Below are positions 39,777 to 51,114 of a stretch of DNA of 64,000 bases, one piece after another. Origin of the DNA: Eledone cirrhosa. Lineage: Eukaryota. The notes below the pieces were generated by a model, which saw nothing but the letters and a program-made list of their open reading frames with translations, did no database searches and was not told the DNA's origin. The position numbers and the translations under genes are program-made. The stretch spans positions 287,246,001 through 287,310,000 of the forward strand of contig OZ024740.1 in NCBI GenBank assembly GCA_964016885.1, in the 5' to 3' direction. Numbering within the stretch: the stretch's first letter is position 1; each line of letters opens with the position of its first letter.

Positions 39777-40601
39777 TTTCTTTTCTAAATGTAATCATCA
39801 TCCTTCTAGGCAACTATCAACTTACTGCAAGGTGAAGGCCTCCCCAAACTAGTGCATACGGGTCTTCTACTGAGCTACTGTCAGACATAGAGCTCCCATC
39901 AATATCATCTCTCCATCTCGTTGTCTTCCTTGACTACATGAATCTGTGCACCTTCGTCTCCATTCTATACACAGTTTTGTCCATCTGTTGTCATTTGATC
40001 ATGTCTCATTGTACATTTTTTTAATACTAGAATTTTTTTCCACACACTAATGTGTATGTGTATATTTGTGTACATGTGTGTTTGTGCATACATCTATATG
40101 TATGAATATAGAAATATAAACGTGCAAACAGACACGCTTACAAAAATACACATACATTCAAGCAAGCAGCAGACATAAAGAGAGGAGGTAGTCAAACTAC
40201 TCCTCTCTCTTTACATGTTGTGACAGAATCACAGAAATTTATATATAGAGATGTTTTATATCTAGTACTTTTGTTTGCACTCTTATTCATTGATAATTCT
40301 TTCCTGTCCTTTTTAGTGTTTCCTAATATACAACTTTACATACTCCTTTGTGTTGATCTCAGCTTCTTGTCCATATTTTGACTCATTGACCATGTCACTA
40401 CTTCCTAAGTTATTGCAAATATGATACACTAATAAAACATTCTGCACTTCAAGTATATCAACATCTTAGTTTTCATGATACCACTTTATTTACCAAAACA
40501 CACACAATCCAGCTTGGATTTATATATTTTACTTTCATTAAATGGTTAAAAGCAACAATTATCTAAAGAATACAATCTAATAATATGTATATTCAACTTA
40601 C

Positions 40602-40675
40602 ACTTTAGCTTGAACATAAAAATTACAGCCAAGATCTACTTGCGTCTTAAGTGGTTCGGCATTTGGATCCAAGTC
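40602..40675 (-). CDS. UXT: UXT exon 3
   Basis: DLDPNAEPLKTQVDLGCNFYVQAKV contains the diagnostic VDLGCNF motif; AG/GTAAGT. Confidence 0.93.
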
Positions 40676-41370
40676 CTAAAGGATATACAATATAATTAAA
40701 AACAATACATTATAAAACACTTTGAAATATAATGTAATATGATATGCAATATTACACCACTCTTTCACATAAGTATACATACATATGTCGATCAATAAGA
40801 TCCCAGACCTCATTCACTTAATGAGTGGGGTGGAGGTTGTCAAATTGGACCAAGGAAACAATGTTTCCATTGGTCTTTCCAATTGTTAATACTATCTACC
40901 GGTCATAAATCCAGACAGAAGGAGCAATGTGAAATAAAGTGTCTTGTTCAAAGGCATAAAGCATTGCCCAGTCTGGGAATCAAACTCACAACCTCACGAT
41001 TGCAAATACAATTCTCTAACTACTCAGCCACACACCGTTACTGACATTAGTATATATTATAAAATACAGTGCAATACTTTATAATATTCAATATGATAGA
41101 GTACCGAACAATATAAAGTAATGCACTAATATAACTATTGATTACTAAGAGATAGCATACAACTATTACAAATACAAATATTGATTCCTAACCCTAACAC
41201 AAGGGCATAAATTTGGGCGAAGGGTAGAGAATTATATCAACCTTAGTGCTTGACTAGTATTTTAATTTACCAACTCCAGTAAAATGAAAGGCCATTAATA
41301 GAAGAAATATTTCATTTTGTTTTAATAATGATGATTATGATATGAAGACAATTATTATTATTATTTTAAA

Positions 41371-41555
41371 GGGCGGTGGATTGGCAGTATTGGTAGAGCG
41401 TCAGACACCATGCTTTACAGTATAGAGTTATCGCCCTTTACGTTCCGAGTTCAAATCCTACCAAATTAGCTTTGCCTTTCATCCTTACGGGATTGATAAA
41501 ATAAAGCACCAGTAATGCACTTGGGTAATTTTGTGCCAAAAGTAGAAACAATTAT
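41371..41555 (+). mobile_element. tRNA-derived SINE (family B), ending about 25 bp from the UXT exon 2 donor
   Basis: A/B boxes and conserved central domain. Confidence 0.78.
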
Positions 41556-41580
41556 TTTTAATTGATGTTCAATTACTAAC

Positions 41581-41662
41581 CTGTAACCGTTCAATCATTG
41601 ACTTTAATTGTAAATATTCTGAAATTTCTCCATAAATATGTTCCCGCTGATCCAATATTTTC
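41581..41662 (-). CDS. UXT: UXT exon 2
   Basis: KILDQREHIYGEISEYLQLKSMIERLQ; AG/GTTAGT; phase-consistent. Confidence 0.92.
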
Positions 41663-43346
41663 CTATGTTAGAACAACAATAAAAGATAACATTTAAAAAT
41701 GTTTGTGGATTCTAAGATTATCATTGTTCAGACTATTAACCTTATTTCGGAGAGATGTAGGATTTTTCAACATTTACATCTACATTAAGTATTGTAAACA
41801 CTGAAAAATCTTTCACAACTCATCTTAGACATTTTTAGATTCATTTGGAATTCATCATCATCATCACCATTTAACATCTATTTTCCATGCATTAGACGGG
41901 CTGTCACAAACTGAAGTTAGACAGCTCAGGTGACCACATCTTGCTCATATGATCCATTTGAGGCTTGGTTTTCTATGGCTGGATGCCTTTCCATATTATA
42001 GGGTGGGTTAGGTACTTTTCGTCATATCCCCAACACGACCACTTTATAGGGAGAATTGGGTGCTTTCTTGTCGGGGCATCAGCACAGCCACTTTACCTGG
42101 TGGAATGGGTGCTTTTTATCATGACACCAGTGTGACCACCTTACAGAGTGAACTGGGTGCTTTTTGATGTGGCACCAGTATGACCGTTTTACAGAAAGGA
42201 TAGGGTGCTTTTGTTGTGGCACCTATACAACCACCCTACAGAGTAAACTAGGTGTTTTTTGTTGTGGCACCAGCACTACTATTATACAGAATGGGCTAGG
42301 TGCTTTTTGTTGTGGCACTAGCAACATGTCATGGGAGTGTATCATCATCATCATATAACATCTATTTTTCCATGCTTATATCAGTTAGACAAGTTGTCAC
42401 ATCATGAAACAAGTCAGGTCAGGTGACCATGTTTGCTCATATGGATCTATATTTTGACTTGGTTTCTACAGCTGGATACCTTTCCTAATGCCAACCATGT
42501 ATGTTACAGTGTGGAGTTGGTGCTTTTTATCGTGGCACCAAAACGACCATCTAATAGGGTGGATTAATGTATATAATTCAATAATGTTTAAAGAATACTG
42601 TAATGTATACTATTTTTCTTGAGTTTAATTGTTATACAATTATTTTCATATATGTGCATACTTACTTAAGCCTGGCATAAGTGGGATGGTATTTTTGTAC
42701 AAATAAGTTGTTTAACCAAATGCTGCCTTTTCTAATCACTAAACAATAAATTAAAGTATGGGACCTGTTTAAATCAGCCTGGCAAATTGGAGCAAACAGT
42801 AATCTATCTACCTGTTTCAGGGTTACAAAGGACCGTACCATAACCTTTCAAAGAAATGAAATTTAGCTGATGGTGTCCCTTTGAGTCAACTAGATCTAGA
42901 AACGTGATTTAAAAAAAAAAAAATAAATAAACAATAGGGTCGGATTAAAGCCAAATTGATACCATAAGCATACATAGATCAACAGTGTTTCCGCATCAAT
43001 TCTTCCATTATCTGACTGACAAAACATTAACATACAAGTGCTGAATGTGAAATAATAGATTAAAAATTCAGTTTTCTTTCAGCCCATCCACCACAATTAT
43101 ATTAAACACAACTTGTTTTGTTGTTTAATTTTATTTATTTAAAACTAAATTACAAGTAGTATTTATTAGGGTAACAGGGGGGAAATGAAAACTTTCTACA
43201 CTTATTTATTCATATATTTTAAACATATAATTTACTATTTGTACCATCAGACCTATCAACATACCCCACCCGACGGGGAGATCTCATCTACTTTGGGGTG
43301 GGTGAGAGATGTCTCTTCTCTTGTGAAAATGGGTATAACATTCATT

Positions 43347-43520
43347 AGTATCGGTAGAGGGTCGGACGCCATGCATTCCAGCATAGTTTCGTCCCTTTAC
43401 GATTTGAGTTCAAATCCCGCCGAGGTTGACTTTGCCTTTCATCCTTACGGGATTGATAAAATAAAGTACCAGTAATGCACTGGGTATTTGCTGGCCTTGT
43501 GCCTAAAGTAGAAACAATTA
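43347..43520 (+). mobile_element. tRNA-derived SINE (family B), 5'-clipped
   Basis: B box and conserved central domain. Confidence 0.75.
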
Positions 43521-43917
43521 TGTAAAATCTCCCAATTTTGCCTCGTTTCTCCCCGTTTTGGGACACGTTTTTCACGGTACTCTCCGTTTGAGTTTTTAGA
43601 GGTTGGCAGGTCTGTACCATAGTAAATGCGGTACTGGCAGAAACTGTTATGCTCCCATTCCATAGTACCCTAAACACGTGCTTCTTTTATTTACTGCATA
43701 ATAAAGCACTCATACTAGGTCGGCTCTATTACCGATGAATTATATCAAACAAGAGCAATGGACATAAAATTAGTGCAGTTCATGTGAAGTATGAGATGTT
43801 AGTATATTGAGTGAAACATAAAAAAAATTCCACTTGGACAACGGTCTTCTAACCGAAGAAGTTCTATTGGGTACAGAAGCTCAAATATATGAGATGAGTT
43901 AACTGCGATTTACTTAC

Positions 43918-43985
43918 TTCAAATCATTCCGTAATCTTTCATTTAGAAAAGTTTCGTAGCTCAATATTTTCTGATTTGCCTGCAT
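43918..43985 (-). CDS. UXT: UXT first coding exon
   Basis: MQANQKILSYETFLNERLRNDLK, matches UXT KVLRYETF...L.RDL; GTAAGT donor. Confidence 0.9.
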
Positions 43986-43995
43986 GGCTAAGGGG

Positions 43996-44042
<47 letters not shown>

Positions 44043-45939
44043 TAGGGTAATTGTTTGCCTATTTCTTTTGCTTATCCAGGCAGCGAGAATGAAAACAAAA
44101 AATATGAATCAAGGGAGGAAACTGTATATATTTCCGTTTGTTCATACTTCCAGTAAAACATGTCAATATATGATGGTGGTCACATATTCTAAACACAGCT
44201 TCAGTTACTTATTGAAAATCTTAAATAAATTTTTTTTTTTCCTGAAAACTGGGAAATGTATAAGCAATCCTGTAATTTACTTGTTTACTTTTATTTTCGA
44301 TTTCTTCTCGTTGGTTTTACAACCACTAATTTGGGATATATCGTCTGCAACAATCAATGTTATTTGTTATTGTTATTATTGTTTTTTTTTTCTTCCTTTT
44401 TTTATTTATTTTGAAACATTGTTTTTTTCACTAGTGTTGTGTTCGGTGTTCAATGTAAAGATTATGGCTAGGATCGAGAGTTTGGGGTGGATTAAAGTTA
44501 CTATCTGACTGATAATATCTCATTTTATTATATATGATCGGTGATTATACAAAATAAAAATAAAAATTTATTCGGTCTTAACAACAACTTTTTTTTCATT
44601 CTGTCCCTAAAAACGTCATTACTCAATAGTAATATTTGTGTTACCATACTTAGAGTTATACTTGTGGTGGAAAAAAAAAATCATTGTCCTGATCAATTTT
44701 GGTCAAGAAAATAAAGAGAGACAACCTCGAAAATAGAATGTGGGCAAGATAGCGATGGTTGATCGACTGATCTTTGGCAATCCGGCGACACATCCAGACA
44801 CTGTCTTATTAGACCTCTTCAGCGAAGTATAGTCTTTATTTGCATGAGTGTAATGTTGATGTATTAAAATTTCTTGACTCACTACAATAAATATATTGTT
44901 TACTCATGCATTTTCCTAGTCCGTATTTCAAGTAATCATACAACTCAGTGTTTATTTGCAAATAATCTATGTGCCGTTCAAGTCATTTTTTGTGGCAATA
45001 ATGATAAAGATTAAAGTCACTCCTCACTGCACTACCTATTTTTCATAAATTTTGATGAATTAAGATTTCAAAGTTAGATAGGTCTTATCATTAAGCTGAT
45101 AATTCTTTCTCTTCACCATAGATGTAATTTTGATTAATTATAATTTATTAGCTCATTACACAATATATATGCTAACACTAAGTTTACCCTTTACTATTTG
45201 GTTTTCATATAAAGCATATCCCTGGGTATTTTACTTCATTACTCGAATTCCACTCTCAGCAAAAACATATTGAATATTGGCTCTTCTACTACTTTTACAT
45301 AATTTATTAGTCTGTAGAGAAGAAATTTTCTCTAATGGAAAAAAGTGTGCAATTTCCAAAATTGCTTTCCAACAATTATTCATATACGCTGTACACTACA
45401 ATTAGTTCCTTTTCTAACATAACTTTTTAACATCAACTTTGCAAACATCAACTTGGAACCATAGAAGGATATTATTGTATGCACCACAAGAGAAACCCCT
45501 TCTAAACTCGTAACTATCATCACAATAATCAATAATTCTTACATGATTAAGATGATGAAAACAATAATTTCTTAAATAAGCAAAATGCCAGTAATTTTGA
45601 GGTGAAATTAGAAGATTAAATTGACCACAGTATTTGACTGATATTTTATTTTATTGATCTTAGAATAGAAACAGTCTGGGCAAATATAGAAAGGCATGAT
45701 GTCTAACATTCTAATGATTCTGCCAATACAAACAATAGGAATTTCTATGATAGGCACAACAGCACAAATTGGGAAGATAGGAGGGGATGTTGTTGATTCT
45801 ATAAATCCTTAGTACTTCACTGATATTTTTTTTTATGAATTCCCTTATGATAAAAGGTAAATGGGATTTGAACTCTTGATGCATAACTAAATGTTATAAG
45901 GCATTTTTCCATTGTTCTACTGATTCCTCCATTCTAATA

Positions 45940-46280
45940 ATGATTTCTACTATAGACACAAGGCCAGCAATTTGAGGAGAGGGGGAAGTCGATTGAATCG
46001 ACCTCCGTGCATTACTGGTGCTTTATTATATCAACCCCGTAAGGACGAAAGGCAAAGCTAACCTCGGCGGGATTTGAACTCAGAACGTAAATGACCATAA
46101 CTCTATGCCGCAAGGCATAGAGTTCTATGCCGATACTGCCAATCCGTCGCCCTTCTCCATTCTAATAAGTGTTTCTACGTTAGGCACAAGGCCAGCAATT
46201 ACTCAGTGTATTGGTACTTTATTTTATCGACCCCGTAAGGATGAAAGGCAAAGTTAACCTCGGCGGGATTTGAACTCATT
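45940..46280 (-). mobile_element. Two family B SINE copies (one full, one truncated)
   Basis: Reverse-complement SINE bodies separated by the recurring flank CATTCTAATAA. Confidence 0.75.
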
Positions 46281-47632
46281 CTAATAATAAACAGAGAAAT
46301 GGCCTTGAATGGTATTGAAAATAAACTTCTGGAGCAAAGTACATAAAAAATATATGCAATTATTCACTTTACAAAAAAAAATAAAAACACTCCCAAGCAA
46401 CTCTCCTCACCGCCACTGCATCCCCCCAATCGATGCCTCCATCAGTATTACTCCTTAGCTACTCCCCCTCTAAAGCCATTAGAACCCCTAACTATGGCAC
46501 CCTAGTAGCTACTCTCTCTCTACCTCTATGCGCACCCTGCACCACCACCCCTTAGTTATTCTTTTCCATCAGTACACCCACCCCGCATGCTATTGACCAC
46601 ACCATCCACACACCCCACCACTATATCTCCTCTTTCCCTACACTATCAGTTACCCTTTCCATTACTTGTCACCCTGTCAAATCACAACAGTCATCATACA
46701 CCATCTCCCTTCTCCTCTCGACCCTCATTAAACTCCACAAACAGATAGGGCTCTTCAGTTGGGACTATCACCAACAACCTCTCTAGTGACAGTGCCACGA
46801 AAATGCACCTGGTACACACTGTAAGGTGGTTGGGGATAGGAAAGGCACACTGCTGTAAGAAAAGAGTCGAAAGGACTCCTTAGTTGTGTCAGGGTATAAT
46901 AACCTCTCTAGTGTTGGTGAACTATACGATAAATGTAAAGTGGTTGGTGATAGAAAGGGTCTCCAGCCATAGAAAGCTTGCTAAACAATGGGTTGGGAGG
47001 ACCTTTCAGTTGTATCAAGAACGTGCTAACCTTCCTAGTGTTGGTGATCTACATGATAAACACCCCAAGTACACGCTGTAATACACATTAGAACATGGAA
47101 CCAATGCAACTCCCGGCATGTCTGGAAGGTTAGTAGACTTGCTTCAGTACTGACTCAGGCTATGAAGACCCGCCCAACTCTTGCTAACAGGGAAAGTGGA
47201 CATTAAATAATGATGATGATGATGACAATACTTTCCTGAAGTAAAAGAAATGCAGCATGTTCAAGAAGAACAATAATAACTTATATATAATTATAACCAT
47301 TAAGGTTTTTAAACTGATTGTATGAGCAATGTATCTTTGAATGTATAACGCTTTAAGCAATTTTAGTAAAATACTAGCAGAATGGCGCGGCGCTGCTCAG
47401 GATTTGCTCTAGGGTTCTTATATATTTGATATATATTTATCCTTATTGAGCCTCGTGAAATAAATACGTTTGTTTATATTTTGTTATTGTGTATGCAAAA
47501 ATATCTGTAGACGAATATATAATTATATATATATATATATATATATATACGTTATTCCGGGTTGAATCGGAGGTAACCACAGTAAGTAAGGTACTCAATA
47601 CATAGCAGAGTATAAAAGTTTTAATATAGATG

Positions 47633-47683
47633 AGATTCTACAGGACTAGAACTGTTTCATTCATTAGAAATCATCAGGAATCT
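47633..47683 (-). ncRNA. Type I hammerhead ribozyme (left arm of inverted repeat)
   Basis: Exact reverse complement of the 48109-48159 motif. Confidence 0.8.
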
Positions 47684-48108
47684 GGGTATCAAAAAATAAA
47701 AATGGTATTTATAGGTCTCTACAAGTGGTAGGAGAGGGTGGGGAGTGGGATGGGTGTAGGTCATTGGTTGATAGAAAAGGGAATTCATTAAAAGCTAATT
47801 CTACAAAGCTATAGTTTTCTTTAATTCTATCGACCATGACTGACCCCCCACTGATCTTATAGACATTTGTTTGCTTAAGAGAAACTTAATGACAAGGAAT
47901 GGTATGCCATCCGGAACCTGTTTATAGAATTCTGTCTGCCCTTGTTACTCTAAAAACATAAATAAATAAAAATAAACTATAGCTTTGTAGAATTGGCTTT
48001 TAATGAATTCCCTTTTCTATCAAACCAATGACCTACACCCATCCCACTCCCCACCCTCTCCTACCACTTGTAGAGACCTATAAATACCATTTTTATTTTT
48101 TGATACCC

Positions 48109-48159
48109 AGATTCCTGATGATTTCTAATGAATGAAACAGTTCTAGTCCTGTAGAATCT
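48109..48159 (+). ncRNA. Type I hammerhead ribozyme
   Basis: AGAUUC-CUGAUGA-UUUCUAAUGAAU-GAAA-CAG[UUCUAGUC]CUGUA-GAAUCU: 6-bp stem I, short stem II, stable stem III, GUA cleavage triplet at 48151-48153. Confidence 0.82.
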
Positions 48160-48171
48160 CATCTATATTAA

Positions 48172-48212
<41 letters not shown>

Positions 48213-48315
48213 CGGAAAAAATGAAACAAAATTTAATTTCTCACTCTTAGTACGGCTGTTACTTAAATAAAAGTATGTATACGTACATACATATATGTAT
48301 ACAGACGTACAGTAG

Positions 48316-48376
<61 letters not shown>

Positions 48377-48827
48377 TGGCTGCCAACTCGTTTTCAAGTA
48401 CGGCCACTACTTTATATCCATGTAGGAGAACCCCTACCGATGCGCTGAACGAATGAACTTTTTAGTCCAGCCAGCGACTTGAAAACTCTGGTTCAAACAC
48501 TACACTTGTGACCATTATTGACACATACTGCTGGGCCCATGGTACCATGTGAGGACAAGTGCAGAGAGATCTCCAGATATAAAGCAATGCCTGTGCCGTG
48601 AAGCTTTTATAGTGAGCAAAGGCAGTGCACAAAGCCAGTCCCACTCTCTTAACCAAGATGATATTTACCAAAAAGAAGAACAAGTCAACATCATTGGATA
48701 CTATCAGGGTTGCAGGTGTTATGTCAGAGTTTTCCTTCTCCTAGAATTCTGCCTTGACAAAGGCTAAGGGGTCATCTCTCCCGGTGATTTTGGATGGCTA
48801 TTGACTCTTAAGAGCTCCCTTGCCCTT

Positions 48828-48863
<36 letters not shown>

Positions 48864-49002
48864 GCACACATATATATATGTACGTATGGATTCACCGAAC
48901 ATTTATTATAATGGTCGGTGTGTTTGTAAACAAACATCCCGTATTAAGCCGTACAGTGTCTAGCAACCATCGTTGCTCATTTGTTCAACACTGACAAAGG
49001 AA

Positions 49003-49043
49003 CGCTGTACTAGTTTCAAGCTTATTAGCTATCGTCAGCAACG
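49003..49043 (-). ncRNA. Minimal type I hammerhead ribozyme
   Basis: CGUUG-CUGACGA-UAGCUAAUAAGCUU-GAAA-CUA-GUA-CAGCG; palindromic ACUAGU stem III. Confidence 0.8.
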
Positions 49044-49463
49044 TATACCTTCCTGCCAGATGGTTGAACATCTGAAAGTATATACTTTCATTATAATAAA
49101 TGTTCGGTGAATCCATACGTACATATATATATGTGTGCATGTATTTCATTTCATTTTACGTCCACTTTTCCCTGCTTGCAAGGGTGGGACTATGTATATA
49201 TATATATATATATATATATACATACTATATATATATACTACTGTACATCTGTATACATATATGGATGTACGTATACATACTTATATTTAAGTAACAGCCG
49301 TACTAAGAGAGAGAAATGAAATTTCGTTTCATTTTTTCCGTTTATCGTTTTCGGTACCCCGGTCGATTAACTCACTCGATATGCAAATTAGGCTGCTCAG
49401 CCGTTAATATGCATAAGGAAAGTATATACTTTCAGACGTTCAACCATCTGGCAGGAAGGTATA

Positions 49464-49504
49464 TGTTGCTGACGATAGCTAATAAGCTTGAAATTAGTAC
49501 AGCG
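49464..49504 (+). ncRNA. Minimal type I hammerhead ribozyme (variant copy)
   Basis: UGUUG-CUGACGA-UAGCUAAUAAGCUU-GAAA-UUA-GUA-CAGCG; C-to-U changes weaken stems I and III. Confidence 0.68.
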
Positions 49505-49785
49505 TTCCTTTGTCAGTGTTGAACAAATGAGCAACGATAGTTGCTAGACACTGTACGGCTTAATTTGGGATGTTTGTTTACAAACACACTGAGCATTATA
49601 ATAAATTTTCGGTGAATCCATACGTACATATATATATGTGTGCATGTATGTATATATATATATTCACATATATATCGCTATTTCAGAGCATTTATTCCAA
49701 TTTCTAATTTCTGCCGGACCGGCAACCGCTCTTTCAAACCAGTTCCTGTACACAGCTAAGTATTCTATAAGTCTCTAGCTGTGTC

Positions 49786-49874
49786 ATTCTCGATAAAAGC
49801 ACTGGATATGTAGTCCTGATGATTTCTAACGAGAATGAAACGCGTAGATTACTTCCCTTGCTTTTATCGAGAAT
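49786..49874 (+). ncRNA. Type I hammerhead ribozyme, array unit 1
   Basis: GUAGUC-CUGAUGA-UUUCUAACGAGAAU-GAAA-CGC-GUA-GAUUAC, plus a 16-bp distal stem I (49786-49801 with 49859-49874). Confidence 0.85.
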
Positions 49875-50095
49875 CTAATTTTAATACGTGACGTATTCTA
49901 TTCTATAGCGATTAGGTCTTCAAAATGTTTATTATAAACATACAGAATATTTTCGAATATTCTATGTCTATATTCACATATATATCGCTATTTCAGAGCA
50001 TTTATTCCAATTTCTAATTTCTGCCGGACCGGCAACCGCTCTTTCAAACCAGTTCCTGTACACAGCTAAGTATTCTATAAGTCTCTAGCTGTGTC

Positions 50096-50184
50096 ATTCT
50101 CGATAAAAGCACTGGATATGTAGTCCTGATGATTTCTAACGAGAATGAAACGCGTAGATTACTTCCCTTGCTTTTATCGAGAAT
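50096..50184 (+). ncRNA. Type I hammerhead ribozyme, array unit 2
   Basis: Same motif; CUGAUGA at 50126. Confidence 0.85.
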
Positions 50185-50405
50185 CTAATTTTAATACGTG
50201 ACGTATTCTATTCTATAGCGATTAGGTCTTCAAAATGTTTATTATAAACATACAGAATATTTTCGAATATTCTATGTCTATATTCACATATATATCGCTA
50301 TTTCAGAGCATTTATTCCAATTTCTAATTTCTGCCGGACCGGCAACCGCTCTTTCAAACCAGTTCCTGTACACAGCTAAGTATTCTATAAGTCTCTAGCT
50401 GTGTC

Positions 50406-50494
50406 ATTCTCGATAAAAGCACTGGATATGTAGTCCTGATGATTTCTAACGAGAATGAAACGCGTAGATTACTTCCCTTGCTTTTATCGAGAAT
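50406..50494 (+). ncRNA. Type I hammerhead ribozyme, array unit 3
   Basis: Same motif; CUGAUGA at 50436. Confidence 0.85.
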
Positions 50495-50715
50495 CTAATT
50501 TTAATACGTGACGTATTCTATTCTATAGCGATTAGGTCTTCAAAATGTTTATTATAAACATACAGAATATTTTCGAATATTCTATGTCTATATTCACATA
50601 TATATCGCTATTTCAGAGCATTTATTCCAATTTCTAATTTCTGCCGGACCGGCAACCGCTCTTTCAAACCAGTTCCTGTACACAGCTAAGTATTCTATAA
50701 GTCTCTAGCTGTGTC

Positions 50716-50804
50716 ATTCTCGATAAAAGCACTGGATATGTAGTCCTGATGATTTCTAACGAGAATGAAACGCGTAGATTACTTCCCTTGCTTTTATCGA
50801 GAAT
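50716..50804 (+). ncRNA. Type I hammerhead ribozyme, array unit 4
   Basis: Same motif; CUGAUGA at 50746. Confidence 0.85.
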
Positions 50805-51025
50805 CTAATTTTAATACGTGACGTATTCTATTCTATAGCGATTAGGTCTTCAAAATGTTTATTATAAACATACAGAATATTTTCGAATATTCTATGTCTA
50901 TATTCACATATATATCGCTATTTCAGAGCATTTATTCCAATTTCTAATTTCTGCCGGACCGGCAACCGCTCTTTCAAACCAGTTCCTGTACACAGCTAAG
51001 TATTCTATAAGTCTCTAGCTGTGTC

Positions 51026-51114
51026 ATTCTCGATAAAAGCACTGGATATGTAGTCCTGATGATTTCTAACGAGAATGAAACGCGTAGATTACTTCCCTTG
51101 CTTTTATCGAGAAT
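51026..51114 (+). ncRNA. Type I hammerhead ribozyme, array unit 5
   Basis: Same motif; CUGAUGA at 51056. Confidence 0.85.

Larger units (their letters stand above)
47550..48175. mobile_element. Penelope-like inverted pseudo-LTR structure in (TA)n
   Basis: About 200-bp arms (about 47617-47817 and 47975-48175), one-sided about 65-bp extension, a hammerhead in each arm, (TA)n on both sides. Confidence 0.72.
48858..49650. mobile_element. Second Penelope-like inverted repeat structure
   Basis: 48858-49088 is the approximate reverse complement of 49419-49649; 48205-48320 is an inverted copy of 49225-49345; a hammerhead in each arm. Confidence 0.7.

Noticed and set aside
44068-44508. 146-aa ORF upstream of UXT
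   Set aside because: Low-complexity F/Y/I-rich translation of AT-rich DNA, TTG start, no recognisable domain
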